Below, one piece after another: positions 21,301 through 32,427 of a DNA stretch of 64,000 nucleotides; position 1 is the first letter of the stretch; the number at the start of each line of letters is the position of its first letter. The stretch lies in assembly GCA_030390025.1 (NCBI GenBank), contig CM059432.1:6200001-6264000 (forward strand), written 5' to 3'. The translations under genes were made by a program, and so were the position numbers. This DNA comes from Squalus acanthias (lineage: Eukaryota). Under the pieces are notes generated by a model. That model did no database searches. It saw only the letters and a program-made list of their open reading frames with translations, and was not told the DNA's origin.

Positions 21301-22796
21301 TGGATGAGATAAAAATTGATAAAGAGGAGGTACACGAAAGGCTGGCTGTACTTAAAGTAGATAAGTCACCAGGACCAGATGGGATGCATCCTAGGACGCT
21401 GAGGGAAGTGAAAGAAAAATCGCGGAGGTACTGGCCATAATTTACCAATCCTCCTTAGAAATGGGGGTGGTGTCAGAGGACTGGAGAATTGTAAATGTTA
21501 CACCCTTGTTCAAAAAGGGTGTAAAGATAAACCCAGCAACTGCAGGCCAGTCAGTTTAACCTCGGTAGTGGGGAAGTTTTTAGAAACAATAATCAGGGAC
21601 AAAATTAACAGTCACTTGGACAAATGTGGATTAATTAAGGAAAGCTAGCATGGATGAGTTAAAGGCAAATCGTGTTTAACCAACTTGCTCGAGTTTTTTG
21701 ATGAGGTAACAGAGAGGGTTGATGAGGGCAATGCGGTTGACGTGGTGTACATGGATTTCCAAAAGGCGTTCGACAAAGTGCCATATAATAGGCTTGCCAG
21801 CAAAGTTGAAGCCCATGAAATAAAAGGGACAGTGGCAGCATGGATACGAAATTGGCTAAGTGACAGGAAACAGAGAGTAGTGGTGAACGGTTGTTTTTCG
21901 GACTGGAGGAAGGTACACAGTGGCATTCCCCAGGGGTCGGTACTAGGCCCACTGCTTTTCTTGATATATATTAATGACTTGGATGTGGGTGTACAGTGTA
22001 CTGATGAAAGTAAATTAGCAAAAAATATAAAAACAGATAGTAAGAGTTTTTATAGTTATATAAAAAGAAAAAGGGTGGCTAAAGTAAATGTTGGTCCCTT
22101 AGAGGATGAGACCGGGAAATTAATGGTGGGAAATATGGAGATGGCAAATACACTGAATTAATATTTTGTATCAGTCTTTACAGTAGAGGACACTAAGAAT
22201 ATCCCAACACTGGACAAACAGGGGGCTATAGGGGGAGGAGGAGCTAAACATGATCAAAATCACTAAGGAAGTGGTACTCGGTAAAATAATGGGACTCAAG
22301 GCAGATAAATCACCTGGACCTGATTGCTTACATCCTAGGGTCTTGAGGGAAGTGGCGGTAGGGATTGTGGATGCATTGGTAATAATTTTCCAAAACTCCC
22401 TGGACTCAGCAAAGATCCCGGCAGACTGGAAAACTGCTAATGTAACACCCTTATTTAAAAAGGGCAGTAGACAGAAGGCTGGAAACTATTAGCCTAACAT
22501 CTGTGGTAGGTAAAATTTTGGAGTCCATTATTAAGGAGACAGTAATGGGACATTTGGATAATCATAATTTAATAGGACAAAGTCAGCATGGTTTTATGAA
22601 GGGGAAGTCATGTTTGACAAATTTGCTGGAGTTCTTTGAGGAAGTAACATACAGGGTGGATAAAGGGGAACCAGTGGATGTGGTGTATTTAGACTTCCAA
22701 AAGGCATTTGACAAGGTGCCACACAAAAGATTATTGCTTAAGATAAAAAATCACGGGATTGGGGGTAATATTCTGGCATGGATAGAGAATTGGCTA

Positions 22797-23423
22797 CCTG
22801 ATACGTTGCAGTAAAGGATGCCCCAGAGCATGGTACATCGGCGAGACCATGCAGACACTGAGACAACGTATGAACGGACACCGCGCAACAATCGCCAGGC
22901 AGGAGGGTTGCCTCCCAGTCGGGGAACACTTCAGCAGTCAGGGGCATTCAGCCTCGGATCTGCGGGTAAGCGTTCTCCAAGGCGGCCTTCGGGATACACG
23001 ACAGCGCAAAATCATAGAGCAGAAACTGATAGCCAAGTTCCACACTCATGAGGATGGCCTCAATCGCGATATCGGGTTCATGTCACGATACAGAACGTGA
23101 CTTGACATCATGGCCGGTCTTTCCAGGTTTTTTTTTAAAAAAAAACTAACACAAGAACCAAACCCAAATGGAGAGGATATGCGGCCAGCAGGTGTTTTGA
23201 CACGTTGGACCCCCTGGGACACATCTCATTGTCTTGGCTGTGCTCTTAGTGTGTCTTTGATGTAGGGAAAGATTTGAATACATTTTTTCTGTGTTTATAT
23301 TGTGAATTCTGGGAGATTCTCTCACAGCTACCCTACCTGAAGAAGGAGCAACAGCTCCGAAAGCTTGTAATTTTAAATAAATCTGTTGGACTATAACCTG
23401 GTGTTGTGCGACTTCTCATTTTT
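22797..23423 (+). mobile_element. Penelope-like element 3' end: GIY-YIG endonuclease plus pseudo-LTR
   Basis: LIRCSKGCPRAWYIGETMQTLRQRMNGHR...HF...EQKLI..FHTHEDGLN; host CR1 resumes after it. Confidence 0.92.
23333..23369 (+). ncRNA. Minimal type I hammerhead ribozyme motif
   Basis: tac-CTGAAGA-a-ggagc(aaca)gctcc-GAAAGCTT-gta: conserved core, 5-bp stem II, palindromic AGCT stem III, 3-bp stem I. Confidence 0.8.
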
Positions 23424-25696
23424 ATCTAACAGAAGGCAGAGAGTTGGGATAAATGGTTCATTCTCAGACTGGCAATCAGTAACTAGTGGTGTTCCGCAGG
23501 GGTCAGTGCTGGGTCCCCAACTCTTTACAATCTATATTAACGATTTGGAGGAGGGGACCGAGTGTAACATATCAAAGTTTGCAGATGATACTAAGATGGG
23601 AGGGAAAGTAGTGAGTGAGGAGGACATAAAAAATCTGCAAGGGGACATAGACAGGCTAAGTAAGTGGGCAGAGATTTGGCAGATGGAATACAATACTGGA
23701 AAGTGTGAGGTTATGCACTTTGGCAGGAAAAATAGTAGAGCAAGTTATTATCTTAATGGCAAGAAACTGGAAAGTACTGAAGTACAAAGGGATCTGGGGG
23801 TCCTGGTGCACGAAACTCAAAAGGTTAGTATGCAGGTGCAGCAAGTGATTAAGAAGGCCAATGGAATGTTGGCTTTCATTGCTAGGGGGATAGAATATAA
23901 AAATAGGGAGGTATTGCTTCAGTTGTACAAGGTATTGGTGAGACCGCACCTGGAATACTGCATACAGTTTAGGTGTCCTTACTTAAGGAAAGACATCCTT
24001 GCTCTCGAGGCAGTGCAAAAAAGGTTCACTCGGTTAATCCCGGGGATGAGGGGATGGACATATGAGGGGAGGTTGGGTAGATTGGGACACTACTCATTGG
24101 AGTTCAGAAGAATGAGAGGCGATCTTATTGAAACATATAAGATTGTGAAGGGGTTGGATCGGGTGGATGCGGGGAGGATGTTCCCGATGATGGGTGAAAC
24201 TAGAACTAGGGGGCATAGTCTTAGAATAAGGGGCTGCTCTTTCAAAACTGAGATGAGAAGGAACTACTTCACTCAGAGGGTGGTAGGTCCATGGAATATG
24301 CTGCCCCAAAAAGCTGTAGAAGCTACATCATTACATAAATTTAAAACAGTAATAGACAGTTTCCTAGAAGTAAAGGGTATTAAGGGTTACGGGGAGCGGG
24401 CAGGAATTTGGACATGAGTCTAGGTTTGGCTCGGTCATGGCCCTGTGGGTAGCGTAGCGGGCCCAGGGGCCGTGTAGCCTGATCCTGCTCCTATTTTGTG
24501 TGTCCAATTCTGTTAGGTTCAGGAGATGGTTCTGTGATAGTAGATTGGGCGGTTAGGATCAGATCAGCCATGATCTTAATGAATGGCGGAGCAGGCTCGA
24601 GGGGCCAATTGGCCTACTCCTGCTCCTATTTCTTATGTTCTTATGTACAGGGCACAATTTCAAAATTTGCAGATGACATAAAACTTGAAAGTATGGTGAA
24701 CAGTGAGGAGGATGGTGATAGACTTCAAGAGGACATAGACAGGGCTGGTGGAATGGGCGGACACGTGGCAGATGAAATTTAATGCAAAAAACTGCGAAGT
24801 GATACATTTTGGTAGAAAGAATGAAGAGAGGAAATATAAACTAAAGGGTACAATCCTAAAGTGGGGTGCATGAACAGAGAGACCTAGGGGTATATGTGGC
24901 AGGGCAGGTTGAGAAAGCAGTTAAAAAAGCTTACGGGATCCTGGGCTTCATGAATAGAGGTATAGAGTACAAAAGCGTGGAAATTATGATGAACCTTTAT
25001 AAAACACTGGTTCGGCCTCAACTGGAGCATTGTGTCCAATTCTGGGCACTGCACTTTAGGAAGGATGTGGAAGGCCTTAGAGAGGGTGCAGAAAAGATTT
25101 ACGAGAATTATTCCAGAGATAAGGGGCTTCAGTTATGTGGATAGACTGGAGAAGCTGGGGTTGTTCTCCTTGGAGCAGAGATGATTGAGAGGAGATTTGC
25201 TAGAGGTGTTCAAAATCATGAGGGGTCTGGACAGAGTAGATAGAGAGAAACTGTTCCCATTGGCAGAAGGGTCGAGAACCAGAGGACACAGATTTAAGGA
25301 GATTGGTAGAAGAACCAAAGGCGACATGAGGAAAAACTTTTTTACTCAGCAAGTGGTTGGGATCTGGAATGCACTGCCTGAAAGGGTGGTGGAGGCAGAC
25401 TCAATCATGGCTTTCAAAAGGGAATTGGATAAGTACCTGAAGGAAAAAATTTGCAGGGCCACGGGGAAAGGCCGGGGAGTGGGACTAGCTGAAGTGCTCT
25501 TGCAGAGAGCCAGCACAGGCTCGACGGGCCCGAATGGCCTTCTTCCATGCTGTAACCATTCCATGATTCTATGATTCTTTGACTGGTCTATAGTGCCCTG
25601 GACATGTTCTATCTCCCTTCTTAAATATAGGTATTACGTTAGCTATCCCCCAGTCCACGGGTTTTATGCTCTTGGAGTTTGATTAATTTATTTAAT

Positions 25697-26038
25697 GGCC
25701 TAGAAATTCCGTTCCCTACGGGTGTGTACGCGCTGTGTACTCACCCGTAGGGCCAACGGAAGTGCCGTTTTTACGCATGCACTGTGCATGCGCTGGAAAC
25801 CGGCACTTCCGTTCGCTGCAGAAAGGGCTTGACTGAACAAACACCTGTGCCGGATAGGCAGCCCTTACGTTAAAAACTTCAGTTTTTTTCCACACTGGCT
25901 TGAGTCCAGGTAAGTCGGGAACAGCTGCGCCTGGAAAAGCAGGCATAAGGCCTGCTTTAGCAGGCTAATAGTTTAATAAAGTAAAATTAGATTGGGCACA
26001 GATTGATGCGGGAGGGCTGCAAACAGAATTTCTGGGCC
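25697..26038. mobile_element. Harbinger-like MITE
   Basis: TIR ggcctagaaattc / gaatttctgggcc; flanks aat/cat. Confidence 0.7.
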
Positions 26039-26093
26039 CATATTTCTCCTCTTTTTATTTTAAATGCAGTTATATCATTTCTAGTTTCATCTT

Positions 26094-26273
26094 CTAGAGC
26101 GGCGAGGCGGCAGAGGCAGCGGACCTGCGAGGGAACAGAGGCAGCGAGCGGCGGTATTTAAGGTGAGCCCCGAGGCGGCAGCGAGGCCTAGAGCGGCGAG
26201 GCGGCAGAGGCAGCGGACCTGCGAGGGAACAGAGGCGGCGAGCCACGGTATTTAAGGTGAGCCCCGAGGCGGC
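26094..26273 (+). repeat. Two 94-bp tandem monomers in the CR1-C 5' UTR
   Basis: ctagagcggcgaggcggcagaggcagcggacctgcgaggg...tatttaaggtgagccccgaggcggc starting at 26094 and 26188. Confidence 0.92.
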
Positions 26274-26539
26274 TTACAAATCCAGGTTCCGGGAGAGGGA
26301 AGCAAAAAATATTCGAAGTGTGACGTCACCAAAAAGCAGGTAAGTGATTGGTTGGTGAGTGTTTTCTTTCTCAATTTTTCTAAACTTAAATTTTGTGGCT
26401 TCTACGGTCTCTTTGTGTAGCGGGGACTACTATTAAGTAAGGGCCCTTGAGTATATCACTTAATTCCAGTGTAATTGGTGCGATCCATTTAATTTTAATT
26501 TAATTTTAATTAATTAATTAATTAATTAAAGGGTAAGTC

Positions 26540-27490
26540 ATGGCAGGACAGCTCAGTGCTGTGACATGCTCTTCCTGCGCTATGTGGGAAATCAGGGACA
26601 CTTCCTGTGTCCCTGACAACCATGTGTACAGGAGGTGTATCCAGCTGCAGCTACTGACAGACCGCATTGCGGCGCTGGAGCTGCGGATGGATGCATACTG
26701 GAGCATTCGCGATGCTGAGAACATCGTGGATATCATGTATAGGGAGTTGGTCACACCGCAGGTAAAGGGTGTACAGGCAGGAAGGGAATGGGTGACCACC
26801 AGGCAGAGAAATAGGCGCAGGCAGGTAGTGCAGGGGTCCCCTGTGGCCATCTCCCTCTCAAACAGATATACCGCTTTGGATATTGTTGAGGGAGATGGCT
26901 TATCAGGGGAAGACAGCAGCAGCCAACTTCCTAGCACCATAGGTGGTTCTGCTGCACAGGATGGGAGGAAAAAGAGTGGGAGAGCTATCGTGATAGGGGA
27001 TTCAATTGTAAGGGGAATAGATAGACGTTTCTGCGGCAGCAAACGAGACTCCAGGATGGTATGTTGCCTCCCTGGTGCAAGGGTCAAGGATGTCTCAGAG
27101 CGGCTACAGAGCATTTTGGAAGGGGAGGGTGAACAGCCAGTTGTCGTGGTACATATAGGTACCAACGATATAGGTAAAAAACGGGATGAGGTCCTAAAAG
27201 CAGAATATAGTGAGTTAGGAGGTAAATTAAAAAATAGGACCTCAAAGGTGGTAATCTCAGGATTGCTACCAGTGCCACGTGCTAATCAGAGTAGAAATAG
27301 AAGGATATTTCAAATGAATACGTGGCTAGAGGAATGGTGCAAGGGAGAGGGATTCAAATTCCTGGGGCATTGGAACCGGTTCTGGGGGAGGTGGGACCAG
27401 TACAAACCGGACGGTCTACACCTGGGCAGGGCCAGGACCGATGTCCTAGGGGGAGTGTTTGCTAGTGCTCTGGGGGAGGGTTTAAACTAA
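26540..27490 (+). CDS. CR1-C ORF1p, 316 aa, uninterrupted (zinc finger, coiled coil, SGNH esterase)
   Basis: gtcATGG start; CSSC...YRRC (one Cys replaced by Tyr); VIGDSIV, IGTND, DGLH. Confidence 0.9.
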   Translation: MAGQLSAVTCSSCAMWEIRDTSCVPDNHVYRRCIQLQLLTDRIAALELRMDAYWSIRDAENIVDIMYRELVTPQVKGVQAGREWVTTRQRNRRRQVVQGSPVAISLSNRYTALDIVEGDGLSGEDSSSQLPSTIGGSAAQDGRKKSGRAIVIGDSIVRGIDRRFCGSKRDSRMVCCLPGARVKDVSERLQSILEGEGEQPVVVVHIGTNDIGKKRDEVLKAEYSELGGKLKNRTSKVVISGLLPVPRANQSRNRRIFQMNTWLEEWCKGEGFKFLGHWNRFWGRWDQYKPDGLHLGRARTDVLGGVFASALGEGLN

Positions 27491-30460
27491 AATGGCAGGG
27501 GGTTAGGAACCTGAGCAGGGAGACAGAGGAAAGGGAAACAAGGATAAAAGCAAAAGATAGGAAGGAGAAAAACAAAAGTTGCAGTCAGAGAAAACAACGG
27601 TTTAAATCAAACATGGCCACAGTAAATACTAATCCTAATAGGTCTAAGAGTGTTAAAAAAACAAGCCTGAAGGCTTTGTGTCTTAATGCAAGGAGCATTC
27701 GGAACAAGGTGGACGAATTAGCTGCGCAAATAGAGGTAAACGCATATGATTTGATTGGGATTACCGAAACATGGCTCCAGGGTGGCCAAGGCTGGGAACT
27801 TAATATTCAGGGGTACTCAATATTCAGGAAAGATATGCAAAATGGAAAGGGAGGTGGGGTAGCACTGCTGGTTAAAGAGGGGATTAACACAATTGAAAGG
27901 AAGGATATTAGCTCTGATGATGTGGAATCTGTATGTGTTGAACTGAGAAATAACAAGGGGCAGAAAACATTAGTGAGAGTGATATATAGACCTCCAAACT
28001 GTAATGCGCAGGTTGGGGATGGCAATAAAAGGGAAATTAGAGAAGCGTGCAATAAGGGTACAGCAGTCATCCTGGGTGACTTTAATCTACATATAGATTG
28101 GGCTAACCAAATTAGTAACAATACTATGGAGGAGGAATTCCTGGAGTGTTTACGGGATGGTTTCCTGGACCAATATGTCGAGGAACCAACCAGAGATCAG
28201 GCCATCTTAGACTGGGCATTATACAATGAGAAAGGATAAATTAGCAATCTTGTTGTGCGAGGCCCCTTGGGTCGGAGCGATCATAATATGATAGAATTCT
28301 TCATTAGGATGGAGAGTGAAGTAGTTGACTCAGAGACTAGGGTCCTGAATTTAAATAAATGAAACTACGATGGTATGAGGTGCGAGTTGGGTAGGATTGA
28401 TTGGGGAATGTCACTCAAAGGGTTGACGGTGGAGAGGCAATGGCAAACATTCAAAGACCGCATGGACGAACTACAGAATTTGTTCATCCCAGTTTGGCAT
28501 AAGAATAAAACAAAAAGGGTGACTCAACCATGGCTAACAAGGGAAATTAGGGATAGCATAAGATCCAAGGAGAGGGCATACAAATTGGCCAGAAAAAGCA
28601 GTAACCCTGTGGATTGGGAGCAGTTTAAGATTCAACAAAGGAGGACAAAGGGATTAATTAAGAAGGGGAAAATAGAATACGAGAGTAAGCTTGCAGGGAA
28701 CATAAAAACTGACTGTAAAAGCTTTTATAGATATGTGAAGAGAAAAAGATTAGTGAAATCAAGCATAGGTCCCTTGCAGTCAGAATCAGGGGAACTTATA
28801 ATGGGGAACAAAGAAATGTCAGACCAATTAAATACATATTTTGGTTCTGTCTTCACAAAGGAGGACACAAATAACCACCCAGAGATGTTGGGGAAAATAG
28901 GGTCTAATGAAAGGGAAGAACTGAAAGAAATCAGTATTTGTAGGGAAATTGAAGGGATTGAAGGCCGATAAATCCCCAGGGCCTGATAATCTGCATCCTA
29001 GGGTACTTAAGGAAGTGGCCCTAGAAATAGTAGATGCATTGCTGATCATCTTCCAACATTCGATGGAATCTGGAACAGTACCCATGGATTGGAGGGTAGC
29101 TAATGTTACCCCACTATTCAAAAAGGATGGTAAAGAGAAAACGGGGAATTACAGACCGGTAAGCCTGACATCGGTAGTGGGGAAAATGCTAGAGTCCATT
29201 ATAAAAGATGTAATAGCTGAGCACTTGAAAAACAGTGACAGGATCGGACAAAGTCAACATGGATTTACAAAAGGTAAATCATGCTTGACTAATCTATTGG
29301 AATTTTTTGAGGATGTAACTGGGAAAATAGATAAGGGAGAACCAGTGGATGTGGTGTATTTGGACTTCCAAAAGGCTTTTGATAAGGTCCCGCATAAGAG
29401 ATTAGCGTGTAAAGTTAAGGCACATGGGATTGGGGGCAAGGTATTGACTTGGATAGAGAACTGGTTGGCAAACAGAAAGCAAAGAGTTGCAATAAACGGG
29501 TCTTTTTCCGAGTGGCAGGCAGTGACTAGTGGGGTACCGCAGGGATCGGTCCTTGGACCCCAGCTATTCACAATATATATTAATGATCTAGACAAGGGAA
29601 CTAGATGTAATATCTCCAAGTTTGCAGACGACACAAAACTGGGTGGGCGTGTGTGCTGCGAGGAGGATGCCGAGAAACTCCAGGATGATTTGGACAGGTT
29701 GGGTGATTGGGCAGAAGCGTGGCAGATGCAATATAATGTGGATAAATGCGAGGTTATCCACTTTGGTGTCAAAAACAGAAAGGCAGATTATTATCTGAAT
29801 GGCAATAGATTGAGAGAAGGGGAAGTGCAACGAGACCTGGGTGTCCATGTGCACCAGTCGCTGAAGGTAAGCATGCAGGTGCAGCAGGCGGTTAAGAAGG
29901 CAAATGGTATGTTGGCCTTCATAGCGAGAGGGTTTGAGTACAGGAACAAGGATGTCTTGCTGCAGTTGTACAGGGCCTTGGTGAGACCACACCTTGAGTA
30001 GTGTGTGCAGTTTTGGTCGCCTTATCTGAGGAAGGATGTTCTTGCCATGGAAGGAGTTCAGCGAAGATTCACAAGGCTGATACCTGGGATGGCAGGAATG
30101 ACGTATGAAGAAAGATTGGGTCGATTGGGCTTATACTCGCTGGAGTTTAGAAGAATGAGAGGGGATCTCATTGAAACTTATAAAATTCTGACAGGACAGG
30201 ACAAACTAGATGCAGGAAGGATGTTCCCGATGGTCGGGGAGTCCAGAACCATGGGTCACAGTCTAAGGATAAGGGGTAAGCCATTGAGGACAGAAATGAG
30301 GAGGAATTTCTTCACCCAGAGAGTGGTGAACCTGTGGAATTCTCTGCCACAGAAGGCAGTAGAGGCCAATTCATTAAATAGATTCAAGAAGGAGTTGGAT
30401 ATATTTCTTAAGGCTAAAGGGATCAAGGGATATGGGGAGAAAGCAGGGACAGGGTACTGA
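27481..30460 (+). pseudogene. CR1-C ORF2 (APE + RT), in the -1 frame relative to ORF1; stops at ~28237, ~28360, ~29999 and a frameshift at ~28950
   Basis: ORF pieces 27613-28239, 28375-28971, 28949-30001, 30005-30460 with all APE and RT motifs. Confidence 0.95.
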
Positions 30461-31947
30461 ATTTGGATGATCAGCCATGATCGCATTGAATGGCGGAGCA
30501 GGCTAGAGGGGCCGAATGGCCTACTCCTGCTCCTATCTTCTATGATTCTATGATGTCATGTCCACCTGATGTGTCTCCCTGGTAAATACTGAAGCAAAGT
30601 AATGATTTAATATTTCTGCCATTTCACTATTGCTGCCTGTGATTTTAACCTGACCATTCCTTACTGGCCCTATTCCCACCCCAACTTTCATTTTTTTACT
30701 TTATGTGCCTGTAGAATATTTTACTATTTTGTTTTATGTTCCTTGATAATTTAATTTTATAGTTCTTCTTTGCCTTCCTAATTTTTTTTTACTTCTCTCC
30801 TAATCTCTTTGTATTCTCCCTTGTCATGTTTTCCCTGCTGTCCATGTACTTAGTGTATGACTCTTTCCTTACCCTTAATTTTTCACTTATGGCTTTATTC
30901 ATCCATGGTGTCTCATTAGTGTTGAGCTTGTTCTTGTTTTTTAGCAAAATATATTTTTCCTGGACTATGTTAAATACCATTTTAAATATTTCCCATTGCT
31001 GTTCTACATCTTTGTTTGCCAATATTGTTGTCATTTTATTTTCCCAAGTTCTATTCTCAGCCCCTCAAAATCGCTTTTCTCCAATCTATTACCCTGGTCT
31101 TCGTCATACTTATGCCCTTCTTAATTATTATCGTAAAGCATATTATGTTATGATCACTATTGCCCAGATGTTCCCCTACTTTTACTTCTCTTCTCTGTTC
31201 TGGTTCATTCCCCATGACTAGATCCAGTACCAAGTCCTCCCTTGTCAGGCTTCTTACATTTTGGCTTAGAAAGGAGTCCTGTACACATTGTAGGAACATT
31301 CCCTTATCTCCTTTACCAGCTCTTCTGGCCAATTAATTTTGGGGTAGTTGAAATCCCCCATGATTATTATTCTATGTTTTTCTACTCAGTTCCCTAATTT
31401 GTTTGCGTATTTCTTCTGCCATCTCCCTTCTACTATTAGATGGTGTGTAGACTACCCCAGTAGTGTAATTTAGCCTTTATTATCTTTTATCTCTATCCAC
31501 GTGGATTCTATCTCTGTCTTACTGATTGCTGTGTCACTTTTTTCTACTACCATTTTGTTATCTCTAATAAGTAAAGCTACTCCATCACCCCTTTTCCCTC
31601 TCTATCTTTTCTAAATATGTTGTACCCTGCAATGTTTAATTCCCAGTCCTGATTTTTCTCTAGCCATGTCTCAGTAATCCCTATTATATCTGGTTGCTCG
31701 CAAAGCATTAGTGCCTCCACTTCCCCTGTTTTATTGAACTACAATGTTTAATTGCCAATATTTAATGTTTTACTCCCAGTTGCCATGGTCGTGCAAAATG
31801 TTGCTGTGCCAACACAATGTACTATGTGGTGACAAGACATGGTTGGTGACTATGATTTTCCATCTTCTGAGCTTCAATTTTGGAATGCCATCATCTGATA
31901 ATTCCTGTTTAACTTATGTCAGGAGTCAAATGAAGCAAAAGGGAGAG

Positions 31948-32140
31948 AACAACAACTTGCATTTATATAGCACCTTTAACGTAGGAAGACATCCCAAGGC
32001 ACTTGACAGGAACGTAATCAGAAAAAAATTGACAACAAGCCAAAGAAGGAGATATTAGGACAGGTGACTAAAAGCTTGGTCAAAGCCATAAGTTTTAAGG
32101 AGGGTCTTAAAGGTGGAGAGGGAGGTGGAGAGACAGAAAA
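31948..32140 (-). mobile_element. L2 3' fragment
   Basis: Reverse match to the tail of 58610-59185 (...gctatataaatgcaagttgttg). Confidence 0.75.
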
Positions 32141-32427
32141 TCAGTGAACAAGTTACCCAAGGCCATTCTTTAGTTTGTTACTTGTATTATCCTTGTATTG
32201 TAAATGTAACACCACTATTCAAGAAAGGAGGGAGAGAGAAAACAGGGAACTACAGGCCAGTTAGCCTGACATCAGTTGTTGGGAAAATGCTGGAATCCAT
32301 TGTTAAGGAAGTGATATCAGGGCACTTTGAAAATCATAACATGATTAGGCAGAGTCAACATGGTTTTATGAAATGGAAATCGTGTTTGACAAATTTGTGA
32401 GAGTTTTTTGAGGATGTAACTTGCAGG

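Larger units (their letters stand above)
21997..24643 (+). mobile_element. 5'-truncated CR1 of the B family nested in CR1-D
   Basis: Protein near-identical to 8822-10276; TSD tgtacag (21990-21996 / 24644-24650). Confidence 0.9.
19574..25577 (+). mobile_element. CR1 copy D (5'-truncated in ORF1), interrupted at 21997-24643
   Basis: Esterase end (19614-19958), APE (20174-), RT to ...YINDLDVGVQ, resuming QGTISKFADD at ~24648; (attctatg) tail. Confidence 0.9.
26094..30553 (+). mobile_element. CR1 LINE copy C, full length (~4.45 kb)
   Basis: GC-rich tandem 5' monomers, intact ORF1, ORF2, 3' stem-loop and ttctatga tail; TSD not resolved. Confidence 0.95.
17724..31740 (-). mobile_element. Old CR1 copy E, split into five pieces by nested insertions
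   Basis: Pieces ~17724-17928 (tail), 18389-19573 (RT), 25579-25696 (ANVIPIFKKG..YRPV), 26039-26093 and 30555-31740 (APE) join colinearly once inserts are removed. Confidence 0.75.

Noticed and set aside
24420..24505. HDV-like ribozyme in the CR1-B 3' UTR
   Set aside because: Could not build the nested double pseudoknot; better explained as a duplicated terminal unit
26518..27165. Long antisense ORFs over CR1 (also 29254-29772, 47969-48499)
   Set aside because: Shadow frames of ORF1/ORF2; not consistently open between copies
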